The notes under the pieces were generated by a model that did not search any database, was not told where the DNA came from, and saw only the letters and a list, made by a program, of their open reading frames with translations. 48,552 nt of DNA, from assembly GCA_964447495.1 (NCBI GenBank), contig CAYUTF010000019.1, positions 1-48,552 on the forward strand, written 5' to 3'. A program made the position numbers and the translations under genes. Source of the DNA: an uncultured archaeon (GTDB taxonomy: Archaea > Asgardarchaeota > Lokiarchaeia > Sigyniarchaeales > SOKP01). Positions 1-10,968 of the stretch are shown one piece after another. The first letter of the stretch is position 1. Each line of letters opens with the position of its first letter.

Positions 1-2
1 TT

Positions 3-1136
3 CTAATAGAATCCCAAACATGTTGTTCTCCGGGAGCTTGTAATATGATGGGAACAGCAAATACCATGGCATGTATCGTTGAAGCAATGGGATTATCTTT
101 GCCAGGATGTGCAACTTTAAGTGCTGTCAGCAAAAAGCGAGAGGATTTAAGTGAGGAAACCGGTAAAGTTATCATGGATTTAATTAAAAAAGATTTGAGG
201 GCTCTAGATCTTATTACAGAAAAATCAATAGAGAATGCATGTAAAGTAGCATTATCATTTGGAGGTTCTACAAATATGGTACTTCATATGTGTGCGTTAT
301 CTCATGAAATTGGAGGGAACTTAAACCATTTTGATTTTGATAAATTAAGTCGAAGTGTTCCTTTACTTGCTAAATTTAAGCCCGCCTCTGAATATAATAT
401 TTCAGAGTTCCATAAAGCTGGGGGTGTACAAGTCTTAATGAAAAAATTAGAGAAGATACTTGATTTATCGATTTTAAATGTTAGAGGCCCTTCATTAGAA
501 GATTATCTCAAAAATGTCACCTTTGATGATTATCAAATCATTAGAAATTTTGATGACCCAATTTCATCTGAAGGGGGAATCGCTATTTTAAAAGGAAATT
601 TAGCACCAGATGGAGCTATCATAAAACAAAGTGGTTTATCATTAAAAATGCGAAAACATATAGGCCCTGCAAGAGTATTTGAATCAGAAGAGCAAGTTAA
701 AGAAGCATTATTATCAAACCACATAAAGGAGGGGGATGTATTAGTAATACGTTATGAAGGACCAAAAGGCTCTCCTGGGATGAGAGAATTATCAATACCA
801 GCAGCAATTTTAGTAGGTATGGGATTTGGAGAATCGGTTGCTATGGTTACAGATGGTAGGTATTCTGGAGCAACTAGAGGCCCATGTATCGGACATGTTT
901 GTCCAGAAGCATACGAAGGAGGCCCAATCGCAGTAATCCAAGATGGAGATAAAATTGAAATTAATATTGATGAGCGGAAACTTAATGTAATATTATCAGA
1001 TGAAGAATTAAAAAAACGACTAATAAAGTGGAAAAAGCCTGAACAAAAAATAAAAAGTGGTTATTTAGGTTTATATAGCAAAATTGTGTGCTCTGCTAAA
1101 TACGGAGCATATTTGGGTGTTAATCATGATAAATGA
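3..1136 (+). CDS. ilvD: Dihydroxy-acid dehydratase (IlvD/Edd family), 5'-truncated by the window edge
   Basis: Frame is open from base 3 ([22 protein letters not shown]). Motifs [33 protein letters not shown] and GHVCPEA. Confidence 0.9.
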   Translation, partial: LIESQTCCSPGACNMMGTANTMACIVEAMGLSLPGCATLSAVSKKREDLSEETGKVIMDLIKKDLRALDLITEKSIENACKVALSFGGSTNMVLHMCALSHEIGGNLNHFDFDKLSRSVPLLAKFKPASEYNISEFHKAGGVQVLMKKLEKILDLSILNVRGPSLEDYLKNVTFDDYQIIRNFDDPISSEGGIAILKGNLAPDGAIIKQSGLSLKMRKHIGPARVFESEEQVKEALLSNHIKEGDVLVIRYEGPKGSPGMRELSIPAAILVGMGFGESVAMVTDGRYSGATRGPCIGHVCPEAYEGGPIAVIQDGDKIEINIDERKLNVILSDEELKKRLIKWKKPEQKIKSGYLGLYSKIVCSAKYGAYLGVNHDK

Positions 1137-2304
1137 GCAGAAGATTACAGAAATTTTGCAAGAATTTTCTTTTCCGAGGTTATCAGGGACTCAATGGGAA
1201 AAAAAGGCATTCAATTTAGCTCTGAAGAAGATAAAAGATTTAGATTTAACCCCTGAGGTTCAAGAATTTAAATTCACAACATTCTTTAGTCGAGTTTATC
1301 CTAAGATTCTCTTTTTCTTAGGTTTTTTGTTAATTGTGTTCTTATTTTTCTTCATTCAAATTCCCGGTATAGTGATAAGTTCGATAATTTTAATTATTCT
1401 TATTATAATATTGATTTTTATTATGAAAAAGCCTGAAAAAGTCAAATTTTATAAATATCTAGATTCTGCCAACCTTTATGTGAAGTTATCCTCAAGAAAT
1501 TCTAGTGTTAATAATGAAGATAGTAGAATAAAGAATCTTTTTTTCTTCTGTCACCTTGATTCTAAAGGGCAAAAATTTTCAATTTCAGACCGTGTAAGAG
1601 CAACAAGAACGTGGGTTTTTACTCTTTTGATTAGTGTTGGGATAATTATCGTAAGAGGTTTATTTTCTAATTATTTTCTCGTAATTTATTTAGTAATTGG
1701 TTCAATTCCAATTATTTTTAATGGAGTATCTATGATAATATTACTCTTAAATACTACTAATAATAGTTCTTTTGGTGCTGTTGATAATGCATCTGGAATT
1801 GCGTGTGTTTATGAGCTACTAAAGTATTTTAAAAACGAAAACTCTCGTTTAAATAGCTTTACTACTTGGTTTGTATTCACCGGAAGTGAGGAATGTGGAA
1901 CTATGGGTATTCGCAATTTTTATAAAGTTATGGAAGCCTTTGATAAAGATTCCATAATTATAATTAACTTTGATGCGATTGGAAAAAATGTGACAATATT
2001 CGACAGTTGGTATAAGCCAGAAGGATATCTAGATTTTTATAAGAGCTTTATCAATAATAAAGAAGGGTTAAGGATTTTCGAAAATCCTAAAAAAATTATA
2101 TTAGGAACTCATTCTGATGGGTATTTCTTAAAAAAGAAGTTCTATCAAGGAATCGAATTTGGAGATCTGGGATCATATAACTTCATGCATTCCAGTGATG
2201 ATAATCTCGAGAAAGTTGATCCAAAATTATTAAGATCTCTTTGCGAAGTAATAATTAGGAATGTCAAAGAACTGGATGAATTGAATGCCAAAAAAGTTAA
2301 ATGA
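1126..2304 (+). CDS. Membrane-embedded M28 family zinc peptidase
   Basis: [22 protein letters not shown] and late H(SSDD) metal-ligand motifs, with four TM segments. ATG at 1126 (MINEQ) is a more likely start than GTG 1084. Confidence 0.8.
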   Translation: MINEQKITEILQEFSFPRLSGTQWEKKAFNLALKKIKDLDLTPEVQEFKFTTFFSRVYPKILFFLGFLLIVFLFFFIQIPGIVISSIILIILIIILIFIMKKPEKVKFYKYLDSANLYVKLSSRNSSVNNEDSRIKNLFFFCHLDSKGQKFSISDRVRATRTWVFTLLISVGIIIVRGLFSNYFLVIYLVIGSIPIIFNGVSMIILLLNTTNNSSFGAVDNASGIACVYELLKYFKNENSRLNSFTTWFVFTGSEECGTMGIRNFYKVMEAFDKDSIIIINFDAIGKNVTIFDSWYKPEGYLDFYKSFINNKEGLRIFENPKKIILGTHSDGYFLKKKFYQGIEFGDLGSYNFMHSSDDNLEKVDPKLLRSLCEVIIRNVKELDELNAKKVK

Positions 2305-3832
2305 TAAAGAATTGGGGTTAATTTTTACTCCATACAAAACTGTGGAATATATTATTTCAAGATTGGGTGAGATTAAAGATGATCAATTAATTTTAGACCC
2401 TTGTGTTGGACCAGGAATATTTGTAGAGGTATTATTAAGAAATGGTCTAAAGAAAGAACAAATTTATGCATTTGATATTAACCCTAATCATAAAAGAGCT
2501 TTAAACTCTTTAGGAATAAAATTTTTACAACAAGACACACTTTTAGCAATCAAGGAAAGTGATTATAATAATTATGATTTTATTATTGGAAATCCGCCCT
2601 ATCTAAATAAATCAAGTAGCTATATAAAAGATAATAGGAAGGAATTAAAAAAGATTTATGGGAAAATTAATGCCCATGAAACCTATTCAATGTTTATAGT
2701 AAATAGTATCTGGCGTTTAAAAGAGGGAGGAAAGCTAGGTTTCATAACTAGTGATTCTTTTCTGACTTTAAGCACTCATAAGCGATTAAGAAAATTTATT
2801 CTCGAAAATTGTCTAATTAATGAACTTTTATTGGCGCCTCAAGATTTATTTTCTAATCAAAAAGTCAGTACGAGTCCAGTTATTATAATTTTAACAAAAG
2901 CTTCGAAAGAAGACGATAGAAAAAACCGTTTGAATAATAGAATAAAAGTTGTTGCACGAGTGGAAAATGAGGAGGATTACTGGAGTCCGAAAAAAATGTA
3001 TGAAATTCCTCAAAAAAACTATTTTTCATTACCATTTAATATTTTCTATATAGATATAGAACCACAAGTCATAAATCTATTTGGAAGTGCGCCTAAATTA
3101 AAAAATTTTATCAAAGGATATATTGGAATGCATACACATAATAATAGAAAATACATAGCGGCTATTGAAGGAACAGATTTAGCAAGAATATTTACTAAAC
3201 GAAATTCAAAGATTATAGATTCTAACGTTCAATACAGAATTATTTCAAATACCCAATTAAAAAGAGAGAATTGGAAACCATATTTTAAAAGAGGAGGATC
3301 AGAACAATATTATCGCCCTATAATGGAAGCTTTAGAATGGAATGAAAGTTCTAAAATTAAATATGATATACCTAATAATGTTCCTTTTGAAAAGGAAGGT
3401 TTAATTATAAGTGGTATTAGTTCAAGATTAGCAGCGCGTTATATGCCAAAGGGTTGTTATTGGGATTCAAACAAGGCTATCGGTTTTATTGTTGAAAATA
3501 GTGAAATTTCTATTGAATATGCTTTAGGTTTGTTGAATAGCTCTCTTTATAATTACCTAGCGAAAGGTATAATCAATAATACTAATAGTATTCAATTATC
3601 AGGAATTCATGCTTTACCATTCATTTTACCAGACTCTAAAACCAAATTAATGGTTGAGAATTATGTGAAGGAAATTTTAATACAATTAAAACAAAATGAC
3701 AATTATAATTATGAAAAAGAACAGATGAAAATTGATGATCTTATTTTCAATTTATATACGATGAAATATAATTTCCCTGAAAGGTTGAAAAGAAATTTAG
3801 ACAAGAAATATTCAACATATAAAAAGGTTTGA
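2285..3832 (+). CDS. N6-adenine DNA methyltransferase (gamma class, Eco57I/TaqI-like) with C-terminal target-recognition region
   Basis: GLIFTP (motif X), LDPCVGPG (motif I), GNPPY (motif IV) and LKEGGKLGFIT. Confidence 0.88.
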   Translation: MPKKLNDKELGLIFTPYKTVEYIISRLGEIKDDQLILDPCVGPGIFVEVLLRNGLKKEQIYAFDINPNHKRALNSLGIKFLQQDTLLAIKESDYNNYDFIIGNPPYLNKSSSYIKDNRKELKKIYGKINAHETYSMFIVNSIWRLKEGGKLGFITSDSFLTLSTHKRLRKFILENCLINELLLAPQDLFSNQKVSTSPVIIILTKASKEDDRKNRLNNRIKVVARVENEEDYWSPKKMYEIPQKNYFSLPFNIFYIDIEPQVINLFGSAPKLKNFIKGYIGMHTHNNRKYIAAIEGTDLARIFTKRNSKIIDSNVQYRIISNTQLKRENWKPYFKRGGSEQYYRPIMEALEWNESSKIKYDIPNNVPFEKEGLIISGISSRLAARYMPKGCYWDSNKAIGFIVENSEISIEYALGLLNSSLYNYLAKGIINNTNSIQLSGIHALPFILPDSKTKLMVENYVKEILIQLKQNDNYNYEKEQMKIDDLIFNLYTMKYNFPERLKRNLDKKYSTYKKV

Positions 3833-3839
3833 TTAAATT

Positions 3840-5672
3840 TTAGATCTTTTCACCTTTTTTTTCTTCTTTATATTTCTCTCTTCGATCTTTCAAATATTCA
3901 GGTATAGGCACATCCCACCATCCTACAGCAGGTGATCCTGTGAAAGGGTAGGTTCTATTGACAAGTATTTCAATTACTGCAGGTTTTCCAGATTTGTTAG
4001 CTCTTTCTAGTGCAGGAATTATCTCTTCCTTTGTAGAAAGTTTTTCAGAGTAACAACCAAATCCTTCAGCTATTTGTTTGAAATCAGGAGAGTAAGGTTT
4101 ACCATCTTTATCTTCAAAGGCAGTTCCATACCCTCTATCTTCTCCAAAGGCAGTTTGCTGCAAATCTTTAATAGCAATCCAACCATAATTGTTTAACACT
4201 ACAAAGAAAATATTATCTAATCCTAATTGTACTGCTATAGATAATTCTGAGATAGTCATCATAAAATCACCATCTCCTATAAGCGCTACGACTTGACAAT
4301 CTGATTTACCAATATCTATTAAGCCTATCTTAGCTCCAATAGCAGCAGGAACGGAATACCCCATTGTTGAAAACCCCCCTGCTGTTAAACAAGTTCTGGG
4401 TTCGTAAAATTCTAACTCTTGAAGCATTTGAGCTTGTACATTACCAGAACTTGTGACAATTACTGCATCTCTTTCAAAAAATTTTCTTACTTCTCTAAGT
4501 ACTGTGGAGATCATGACTGGTACTTTTAAGTCATCTCGATTTTTATTAAGAAATTCAAACCAATGTTTCTTTTCCTCTTGTATTTCTTTAAAGTATGCAA
4601 ATTTTTCATAATCTCGAGAATATTTATGTTTATTTAATACTTCAATAATCTGGTTTAAACAGGCTTTAGCATCTCCATAGATTCCAACCGTAACTGGATA
4701 ATTTTTACCAATTTCATGCGGATCTAAATCAATTTGAATTAATTTTGTGGGAGGAATTGAAAAGCTTACACCTTCTTTATACGAACTTGCTGTTTCATCT
4801 GCAAATCTACAACCAACCGCTAGTATTACGTCTGCTTTTGTTGTCATATTTAATCCAATATTTGTTCCTTTTGAACCGGCAGACCAACAAAATAAGGGAT
4901 GGTCATTTGGAAACGCATCTTTTCCCATCATTGTAACTACTACAGCAGCACCTATTAACTCAGCTAACTTCTTAACCTCTTTTGATGCATTAGATGTAAG
5001 TACACCCCCGCCTAGAAATAAAACCGGCCTTTTAGCAGTTTTTAAAAGCGTAGCAGCTTCTTCGATTAATTTTGGATCACCTAATATCCTACCCCCTGCT
5101 CTTCGTTGATTTGGTTCCGGAATGTCAGCATCGATAGCTTCAGCTTGTACATCCATAGGTAAATCAATATGTACAGGACCTCTTCTTCCAGTTAACATTT
5201 GATTAAATGCACGCTGCATTATCGTTGGCAATTGATTTATGTTGGATACTTGCCAACTTCGTTTTGTAACAGGTTCAAGGATTCGAGGAAAATCGGAATC
5301 TCTCTTTCGTTCGATTTCCTGTAGCACTCCTTTTCCTCTCATATGGGTATGGGCATCACCTGTGATACATAAAACGGGAAAACCATCTACATAGGCATCT
5401 GCTAAGCCAATAACAGTGTTTGCTGCACCAGGACCAATAGAAGTAAAGACACACAATGGTTTTCCTGTGATTCTATAATATCCAACTGCTAAATGTACTG
5501 CAGCCATTTCTTGTTTAGGTTGGATTAAGTGCAAATTATCTTTATTCTTAAAAAAAGCATCAACTAGAGGTAGATTACCATGGCCCGGTATCCCAACGAC
5601 ATGTTTCACTCCTTCTTTAATTAAATAATTAGCGATTATTTCGCCTCCAGTATATTTGACCATTTGAAACAA
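3840..5672 (-). CDS. Thiamine-diphosphate-dependent enzyme, acetolactate synthase large subunit-like
   Basis: GIPGHGNL, QE..A.H.A.GY, TSIGPGA.N, GPVHIDLPMD and GDGDF-x-NN ThDP motif. True start is probably 5663. Confidence 0.85.
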   Translation of the reverse strand: MFQMVKYTGGEIIANYLIKEGVKHVVGIPGHGNLPLVDAFFKNKDNLHLIQPKQEMAAVHLAVGYYRITGKPLCVFTSIGPGAANTVIGLADAYVDGFPVLCITGDAHTHMRGKGVLQEIERKRDSDFPRILEPVTKRSWQVSNINQLPTIMQRAFNQMLTGRRGPVHIDLPMDVQAEAIDADIPEPNQRRAGGRILGDPKLIEEAATLLKTAKRPVLFLGGGVLTSNASKEVKKLAELIGAAVVVTMMGKDAFPNDHPLFCWSAGSKGTNIGLNMTTKADVILAVGCRFADETASSYKEGVSFSIPPTKLIQIDLDPHEIGKNYPVTVGIYGDAKACLNQIIEVLNKHKYSRDYEKFAYFKEIQEEKKHWFEFLNKNRDDLKVPVMISTVLREVRKFFERDAVIVTSSGNVQAQMLQELEFYEPRTCLTAGGFSTMGYSVPAAIGAKIGLIDIGKSDCQVVALIGDGDFMMTISELSIAVQLGLDNIFFVVLNNYGWIAIKDLQQTAFGEDRGYGTAFEDKDGKPYSPDFKQIAEGFGCYSEKLSTKEEIIPALERANKSGKPAVIEILVNRTYPFTGSPAVGWWDVPIPEYLKDRREKYKEEKKGEKI

Positions 5673-5772
5673 CCAGATTTATATTTCTATATTTGAAGAA
5701 TATAAATTCATTTAGAAATAAGAATTTAATTTTAATGATTTTATTTAATAATAGGATAATAAGTTAAAAAAA

Positions 5773-6549
5773 CTAAATTATTTTACTAAAAATCTTTTTT
5801 GCTTGTAGATAGGAGGCGTTTTGACTTGATATCTCTAATAAATTACCTCCAGTTAAATTGATTTTAGCGATTTCATCATTCCCCGAGATAAAACCAAGCA
5901 ACTTTACTCTATCTTTCCTAGTCTCAATAACTTCTTTTTCTAAAACATCTTGTAAATCCTCTGGAAATCTATTTCCTAATACCCAAATATTTTCAAACTT
6001 CAATTGTAATTCATCAGTAATCTCAAGAATTCGTTTTAATGTATGTATTGCCATTTTTGAAGGATCAGAAACAATAACTAGATCCGTTACATTCCTACCT
6101 GTCTTTCGCGCAAAATGTTCCAAACCAGCGGGAGAATCAAGTAACGTAATATCATAGTTTATAGAAAGTGTATCAATAACTCTTTTTAACACATCATTAA
6201 TAAAACAGTAACACCCCTCGCCTTCTTGCCTTCCCATTTCCAATAGATCAAAATCATCCATTTCTATTAAGCAATTATAGACATCCGATTCAATTAATTG
6301 GTTTTTGGGAGTGTTAGGTGATAATTTCATACTCTGTATCTTATCTTTTAGTACCTTCATCTTTCCACCAATTGTATCACAAAACTGGATTTCTCGACCA
6401 ATCACATCAGCCACATTAGCATCTGGATCTGAGTCAATAACAAGGATATCTTGAGGTTTTTTATTATCAAGAATATATTTAAGAAATAAAACTAAAGACG
6501 TAGTTTTTCCAACACCACCTTTTCCTGCGAATGCGATAATCTTTTTCAT
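5773..6549 (-). CDS. cooC: CooC/AcsF-type nickel-insertion ATPase (MinD-like)
   Basis: GKGGVGKT Walker A, IDSDPDAN, metal-binding GEGCYC and DSPAGLEH. Confidence 0.8.
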   Translation of the reverse strand: MKKIIAFAGKGGVGKTTSLVLFLKYILDNKKPQDILVIDSDPDANVADVIGREIQFCDTIGGKMKVLKDKIQSMKLSPNTPKNQLIESDVYNCLIEMDDFDLLEMGRQEGEGCYCFINDVLKRVIDTLSINYDITLLDSPAGLEHFARKTGRNVTDLVIVSDPSKMAIHTLKRILEITDELQLKFENIWVLGNRFPEDLQDVLEKEVIETRKDRVKLLGFISGNDEIAKINLTGGNLLEISSQNASYLQAKKIFSKII

Positions 6550-6718
6550 TTATTTATCAAAAATATTTAATTAATTTCTCTTATATAAAGAAAAATTATG
6601 ATTGATTAAAAATTTGTCATTCATTGAATAAAAGAAGAATGATAGGATAAGGTTAACTTTAAAATTGAAATAGAGATGAAAATTATAAGCAATAAGAAAA
6701 TAAATTCAAATTTTCTAT

Positions 6719-7549
6719 TTATTCCTGACGATACATTGGAACAATTTTAGAGGTAAATTCTTCTAACGTATATTTGAATTCTTCTTCACTTGAAATTTTT
6801 CCTAATTCAAGTAGAATTTGTCTTGCTAATAACCAGAATGCTAATCCTAAAGCTTTCTTTCCTCGATTATTTGCAGGGACTGCGAGATCTATACCATCAA
6901 GCGTATCATCAGTGTCAAATAAGGCTACAACGGGAATTCTAGCAAGCTTGGCTTCTCTCAAAATAACCTTATCAGCATGAGGGTCAACAATTACAACAAC
7001 AGAAGCATCTTTAATGTAATCATCAATAAGCGGATTAGTAAGAGATCCAGGAATAAATCTGTCGGTAATTGCCTTACAACCTAATACTTGACAGAATTTT
7101 TTAACGGGTTCTTTTCCATATCGTCTTACAGAAGTAACAATTACTCTATCACTTCCTTCTTCGATATATTTACTCAAGAATTTAGCTGCGATAGTTAAAC
7201 GTTCATCTGTTTTTGTCAAATCAATTACATACAAACCATAATTTGTTTGCCTATAAATAAATCGGCGAGCATCCCCAGATAATAATTTAGTGCCAATATG
7301 AATTCCGCAACTGAGATATAGTTGCTTTTTCTCTTCATCTTTATCAATGATTTTTTCACGGGGTTCTAAACCAGATTCTAAATCTTCAGTATCTAATAAA
7401 TCAAGCTCCTCTTCTAAATCAAGATCCTCTTCAAAATCTTCTTCGAAATCAATATCTAACTCTTCTGAGAGCTTTAAATCTATTTCCTCATCGATCTTCT
7501 CATTTTCTTGTTTTTCTTGTTCTTCTGTTTTTTTCTTCTTTCTAGCCAA
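6719..7549 (-). CDS. rps2: 30S ribosomal protein uS2 (archaeal/eukaryotic Sa type) with long acidic N-terminal extension
   Basis: GIHIGTK, YVIDL.KT.ERL, RFIPGSLTNP, DP..D...EA, PANNRGKK and WLLAR. Confidence 0.93.
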   Translation of the reverse strand: MARKKKKTEEQEKQENEKIDEEIDLKLSEELDIDFEEDFEEDLDLEEELDLLDTEDLESGLEPREKIIDKDEEKKQLYLSCGIHIGTKLLSGDARRFIYRQTNYGLYVIDLTKTDERLTIAAKFLSKYIEEGSDRVIVTSVRRYGKEPVKKFCQVLGCKAITDRFIPGSLTNPLIDDYIKDASVVVIVDPHADKVILREAKLARIPVVALFDTDDTLDGIDLAVPANNRGKKALGLAFWLLARQILLELGKISSEEEFKYTLEEFTSKIVPMYRQE

Positions 7550-7755
7550 TGTATCGACCTAAGTTATGAATATTTATTTTATCAATATAATGAACTTAAT
7601 TATCTTTAATAAAACATCATAATTTTAATATTTTATTAAAAGAAATCTCCTAATTCGCTTTGAACTAAAGATTTAATATATTCCAATTATTAAAGATATT
7701 TATAAAATCTGTTTATAATAATTGGATAGTTAATTATGAAATTAGGGTTTTAATA

Positions 7756-8244
7756 ATGGTCTCTTACAGATTATTAATAGGAATTACTGCTAGTGTATGT
7801 TTTAGTTTTTTTACCGCTTTTTTCTTCACGATGGAAGATATTATAATGCAAATCCAATTATTTAGCAGTTCAGATCCATTAAAAGTTGTGATTTTGATGA
7901 TCGGCGCTAATTTTAAGTTTGATCTCATATCATTTTTCCTTGAAACTCCTACATTCTTTGAATTCTTTGCTCCCCAACTTTTAGCGAGTATCTTTATTGG
8001 GTTTTTGAGTGGTACAATTTCTAAAGGATTTAAAAGAGGATTAATTGCAAGTACAATTGTGATAATTACGGATGTGTTAGTCTGGATTTTACTAAGTGTA
8101 ATTTCTGGGGAAGATTTAATGGCATTATTTCAAGGAGCTCAATTATCTGCCACAATTGGTGGTATTTTAACAGCAATTTTAGGAGCAATACTCGGAGGAG
8201 CTCTTGGTGGTTTTCTAAGTGGGCCCTATGAAAATAGTTATTAA
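7756..8244 (+). CDS. Hypothetical integral membrane protein (about 4 TM, Gly-rich last helix)
   Basis: Hydrophobic segments and GxxxG repeats (GAILGGALGG). Confidence 0.6.
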   Translation: MVSYRLLIGITASVCFSFFTAFFFTMEDIIMQIQLFSSSDPLKVVILMIGANFKFDLISFFLETPTFFEFFAPQLLASIFIGFLSGTISKGFKRGLIASTIVIITDVLVWILLSVISGEDLMALFQGAQLSATIGGILTAILGAILGGALGGFLSGPYENSY

Positions 8245-8386
8245 ATAATGAATATTCACTCTATTTAAGCTAATTTTTGATGTAAATGTTTATTGTTTAC
8301 TCTTTAAATAGAGGCTTTTTTCTATCAAATAAAGCGTTAATGGGTAATGACTAAAACTTAAAGGATATGATAATTTATAAATTGTA

Positions 8387-8920
8387 ATGGTAATTGAAGA
8401 TATACTCCCCTCTAGGGAAACCGCATTCGAACTTCTTAAAAAATTGAAGGTCCCATATCAAGTACGGCGCCACTCTTTAAAGGTTGCTGAAAAAGCTTTA
8501 GAAATTGCATACAAAATTAAGAAAGCGGAAGTTAACTTTGAGCTAGTTGAGATTGGAGCCATATTGCATGATATAGGCAGAGCTAAAACCCATGGTTTTA
8601 AACACGCACTAATCGGAGGAGAAATTTTAAGAGAAAGAGGGTTCCCAAATAATCTTACTCGCATATGTGAAACGCATATTTTAGGGGGTTTAGATAAAGA
8701 AGATGCAAAATTCCTTAATTTACCAGAAAAAGATTATATTCCTGAATCTCTTGAAGAGAAAATAATATGCTTAGCAGATAAACATACAGCTGGAACGAAA
8801 GATGTAAGTATTGAACAAAGATTTCAAAAATGGTTTTTAAAATACGGAAAAACAGAGATTCTGATGAAATCAAAAAGAAGAATTGAAAAAATTCAAGAGG
8901 AATTACAAAATTTAATGTAG
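8387..8920 (+). CDS. HD-domain metal-dependent phosphohydrolase (archaeal TIGR00295-like)
   Basis: HS..VA, LHDIGR, H...G, ETH..GG and EEKIICLADK. Confidence 0.85.
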   Translation: MVIEDILPSRETAFELLKKLKVPYQVRRHSLKVAEKALEIAYKIKKAEVNFELVEIGAILHDIGRAKTHGFKHALIGGEILRERGFPNNLTRICETHILGGLDKEDAKFLNLPEKDYIPESLEEKIICLADKHTAGTKDVSIEQRFQKWFLKYGKTEILMKSKRRIEKIQEELQNLM

Positions 8921-8923
8921 AAG

Positions 8924-9421
8924 TCAATTTTTAAATCTTTTTTTTAATTTGTTGATGATTCCTCCTTCATTTAATATCCCCATAATAAATTTTGATAAGC
9001 TTTTAAACTCTATTTTCACTTTTTTAGATTCATTTTCAATAATAGCTTCTTTAAGTTTAATCTTTATCAAATCACCAGAACTAAAATTATTTTCTTCCCA
9101 ATTCAATGTTATAGCAGGTATTCCCGTATTTATCAGATTTCTAAAATAAATCCTCGCAAATGATTTTGCTATAATTGCTTTTATCCCAAGAAGCTTAAAT
9201 ACATTGACCGCCTCTTCACGTGAACTTCCTGTTCCAAAATTTTCACCTGCAATTATTATATTTAACTTATTGACCTTTTTTACAAAATCGGGATCGATAA
9301 ATTCTAAAGTATGTTTAGCCATATCGATTGGTTCTCTCATGGTTAAAGTGTGGCTAGGAACTATATCATCCGTATTAATATCATCTCCCATTAAATAAGC
9401 ATGTCCCTCTATATATTCCAC
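8924..9421 (-). CDS. leuD: 3-isopropylmalate dehydratase/homoaconitase small subunit
   Basis: GDDINTDDI, AGENFGTGSSREEA and SFARIYFRN. Abuts the large subunit. Confidence 0.88.
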   Translation of the reverse strand: MEYIEGHAYLMGDDINTDDIVPSHTLTMREPIDMAKHTLEFIDPDFVKKVNKLNIIIAGENFGTGSSREEAVNVFKLLGIKAIIAKSFARIYFRNLINTGIPAITLNWEENNFSSGDLIKIKLKEAIIENESKKVKIEFKSLSKFIMGILNEGGIINKLKKRFKN

Positions 9422-10683
9422 TAAGACAACACCTCTCTTGGATCTGTGATTTTGGCATTTAATGCGGATGCCGCAACTGTTGCTGGAGATGCTAAGTATA
9501 TTTGAGAGGTTGGATCTCCCATCCTCCCAATGAAATTTCTATTTGTGCTACTAATACAAATTTCATCTTGCCCTAGTACGCCAAGATGACCTCCTATACA
9601 TGCGCCGCAGGTAGAATTTGTCACAATGGCACCAGATTCTAAGAAAATTTCAATTAGACCTTCTTTTAATGCACTTAAATAAATTTCTTTCGAAGCAGGG
9701 GTTATAATCATTCTATTTTTGGGATTTATTTTATTTCCTTTTAAAATTTTTGCTGCGATACGTAAATCTTCCATTCTTCCATTTGTACAGCTACCTAAAA
9801 AGGCTTGATCGATGGCTAAACCTTCAACTTCTTCTATATAAGCTAAATTATCTGGATTTGAAGGTTTAGCTACAACAGGAGTAATCTTTGATAAGTCATA
9901 TTCAAAAACTTGTTCATATTCTGCATCTTTATCAGGTTTTACAATATTATATGGTTTCTTTGTTCGTTCTTGTATCCATTTTTCTAAATTATTATCTGGT
10001 AAAAATACTCCGAATTTTGCTCCTGCTTCAACAACCATATTAGAAATTGTCATTCTTGAATCAATCGAAAGATTTTCAGCACCATCTCCATGAAATTCGA
10101 GTGATTTGTAAATCGCTCCTTTAGTAGAGATATCCCCAATAAAAGTTAGGATAAAATCTTTTGACATAACTCCATCGTTTAATTTATTCGATAAATTAAC
10201 CTTGTAAGAATCCGGAATCTTAAACCATAATGATCCCGTAGCAAATACCATCACTACATCGGTTGCACCAATTCCGGTTGATAAACAATTAAAAGCGCCA
10301 TATGTAGTTGTGTGACTATCTGAACCAACTATCAACATTCCTGGTCGTGAAAATCCTAATTCTGGTAAAACTTGGTGACATATACCTTTATCCATACCCA
10401 TTTTATGAACGAATTTATATTTTTCAGCGAAATCACGACAATCTTGGTGCATTTGAGCAGCAGATATTGTTGGTGCGGGAACCCAATGATCTAAAATGAA
10501 GAAAATCTTGTTAGGATCCCATACTTTATTAAGTTCTAATTTTTCATATTCTTTATGAATTCTTCCACCTAATTGTTCATGAACCATTATAAGGTCAATT
10601 TCAGCTTCAATAAATTGACCTGGTTCAATTTTATTTGAAGAAGAATGAGATTTAAATATTTTTTCTGCTATTGTAAAACTCAT
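9421..10683 (-). CDS. leuC: 3-isopropylmalate dehydratase/homoaconitase large subunit
   Basis: DH..PA, GICHQ, DSHTTTYGA, GSCTNGR, CGACIG and STNRNF.GRMG. Confidence 0.9.
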   Translation of the reverse strand: MSFTIAEKIFKSHSSSNKIEPGQFIEAEIDLIMVHEQLGGRIHKEYEKLELNKVWDPNKIFFILDHWVPAPTISAAQMHQDCRDFAEKYKFVHKMGMDKGICHQVLPELGFSRPGMLIVGSDSHTTTYGAFNCLSTGIGATDVVMVFATGSLWFKIPDSYKVNLSNKLNDGVMSKDFILTFIGDISTKGAIYKSLEFHGDGAENLSIDSRMTISNMVVEAGAKFGVFLPDNNLEKWIQERTKKPYNIVKPDKDAEYEQVFEYDLSKITPVVAKPSNPDNLAYIEEVEGLAIDQAFLGSCTNGRMEDLRIAAKILKGNKINPKNRMIITPASKEIYLSALKEGLIEIFLESGAIVTNSTCGACIGGHLGVLGQDEICISSTNRNFIGRMGDPTSQIYLASPATVAASALNAKITDPREVLS

Positions 10684-10924
10684 TTTATATCACATACAAG
10701 CTCTTCGTTTTTACATAATTTATTATAATCTTTATCAATCATTAATATAACTTTTTTAAATAGAATGCAAGCTTGAAGCAAAATGGAAGGATCACCCATA
10801 TCTAGGGTATCATTTTTGATATGAGTATATATGGCTATTGCTCTGGTTGTAATCGGGGAAAACAAACCTTTTTGACATACTCATACAGTCTTCCCTTTTT
10901 AAATATTAAATTGTCTTGATCCAT
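10680..10924 (-). pseudogene. Internally deleted M28 peptidase remnant
   Basis: ATG 10924 gives MDQDNLIFKKGRLYEYVKKVCFPRL, resembling the M28 N-terminus at 1126 ([14 protein letters not shown]). The overlapping frame gives YTHIKNDTLDMGDPSILLQAC...IDKD, resembling its C-terminus ([21 protein letters not shown]...LDE). Confidence 0.65.
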
Positions 10925-10968
10925 AGTGAGGAGAATTACTTTTTTATTATTATTCGTAAAATTTTCTG

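Noticed and set aside
5773-6549. CODH/ACS gene cluster around cooC
   Set aside because: No CODH or ACS subunits are in the window. An isolated CooC paralog is unremarkable.
7347-7562. Ser-rich + strand ORF and other short antisense ORFs in the track (e.g. 533-724, 4747-5109, 22245-22655, 39619-40044, 42629-42946)
   Set aside because: These are shadow frames antisense to well-supported genes, and their composition mirrors the sense codons.
10756-10884. Short minus-strand frame with two in-frame TGA codons (MSMSKRF...QK*YPRYG*...)
   Set aside because: No selenoprotein-like motif or nearby SECIS. The region is better explained by the M28 remnant in the other two frames.
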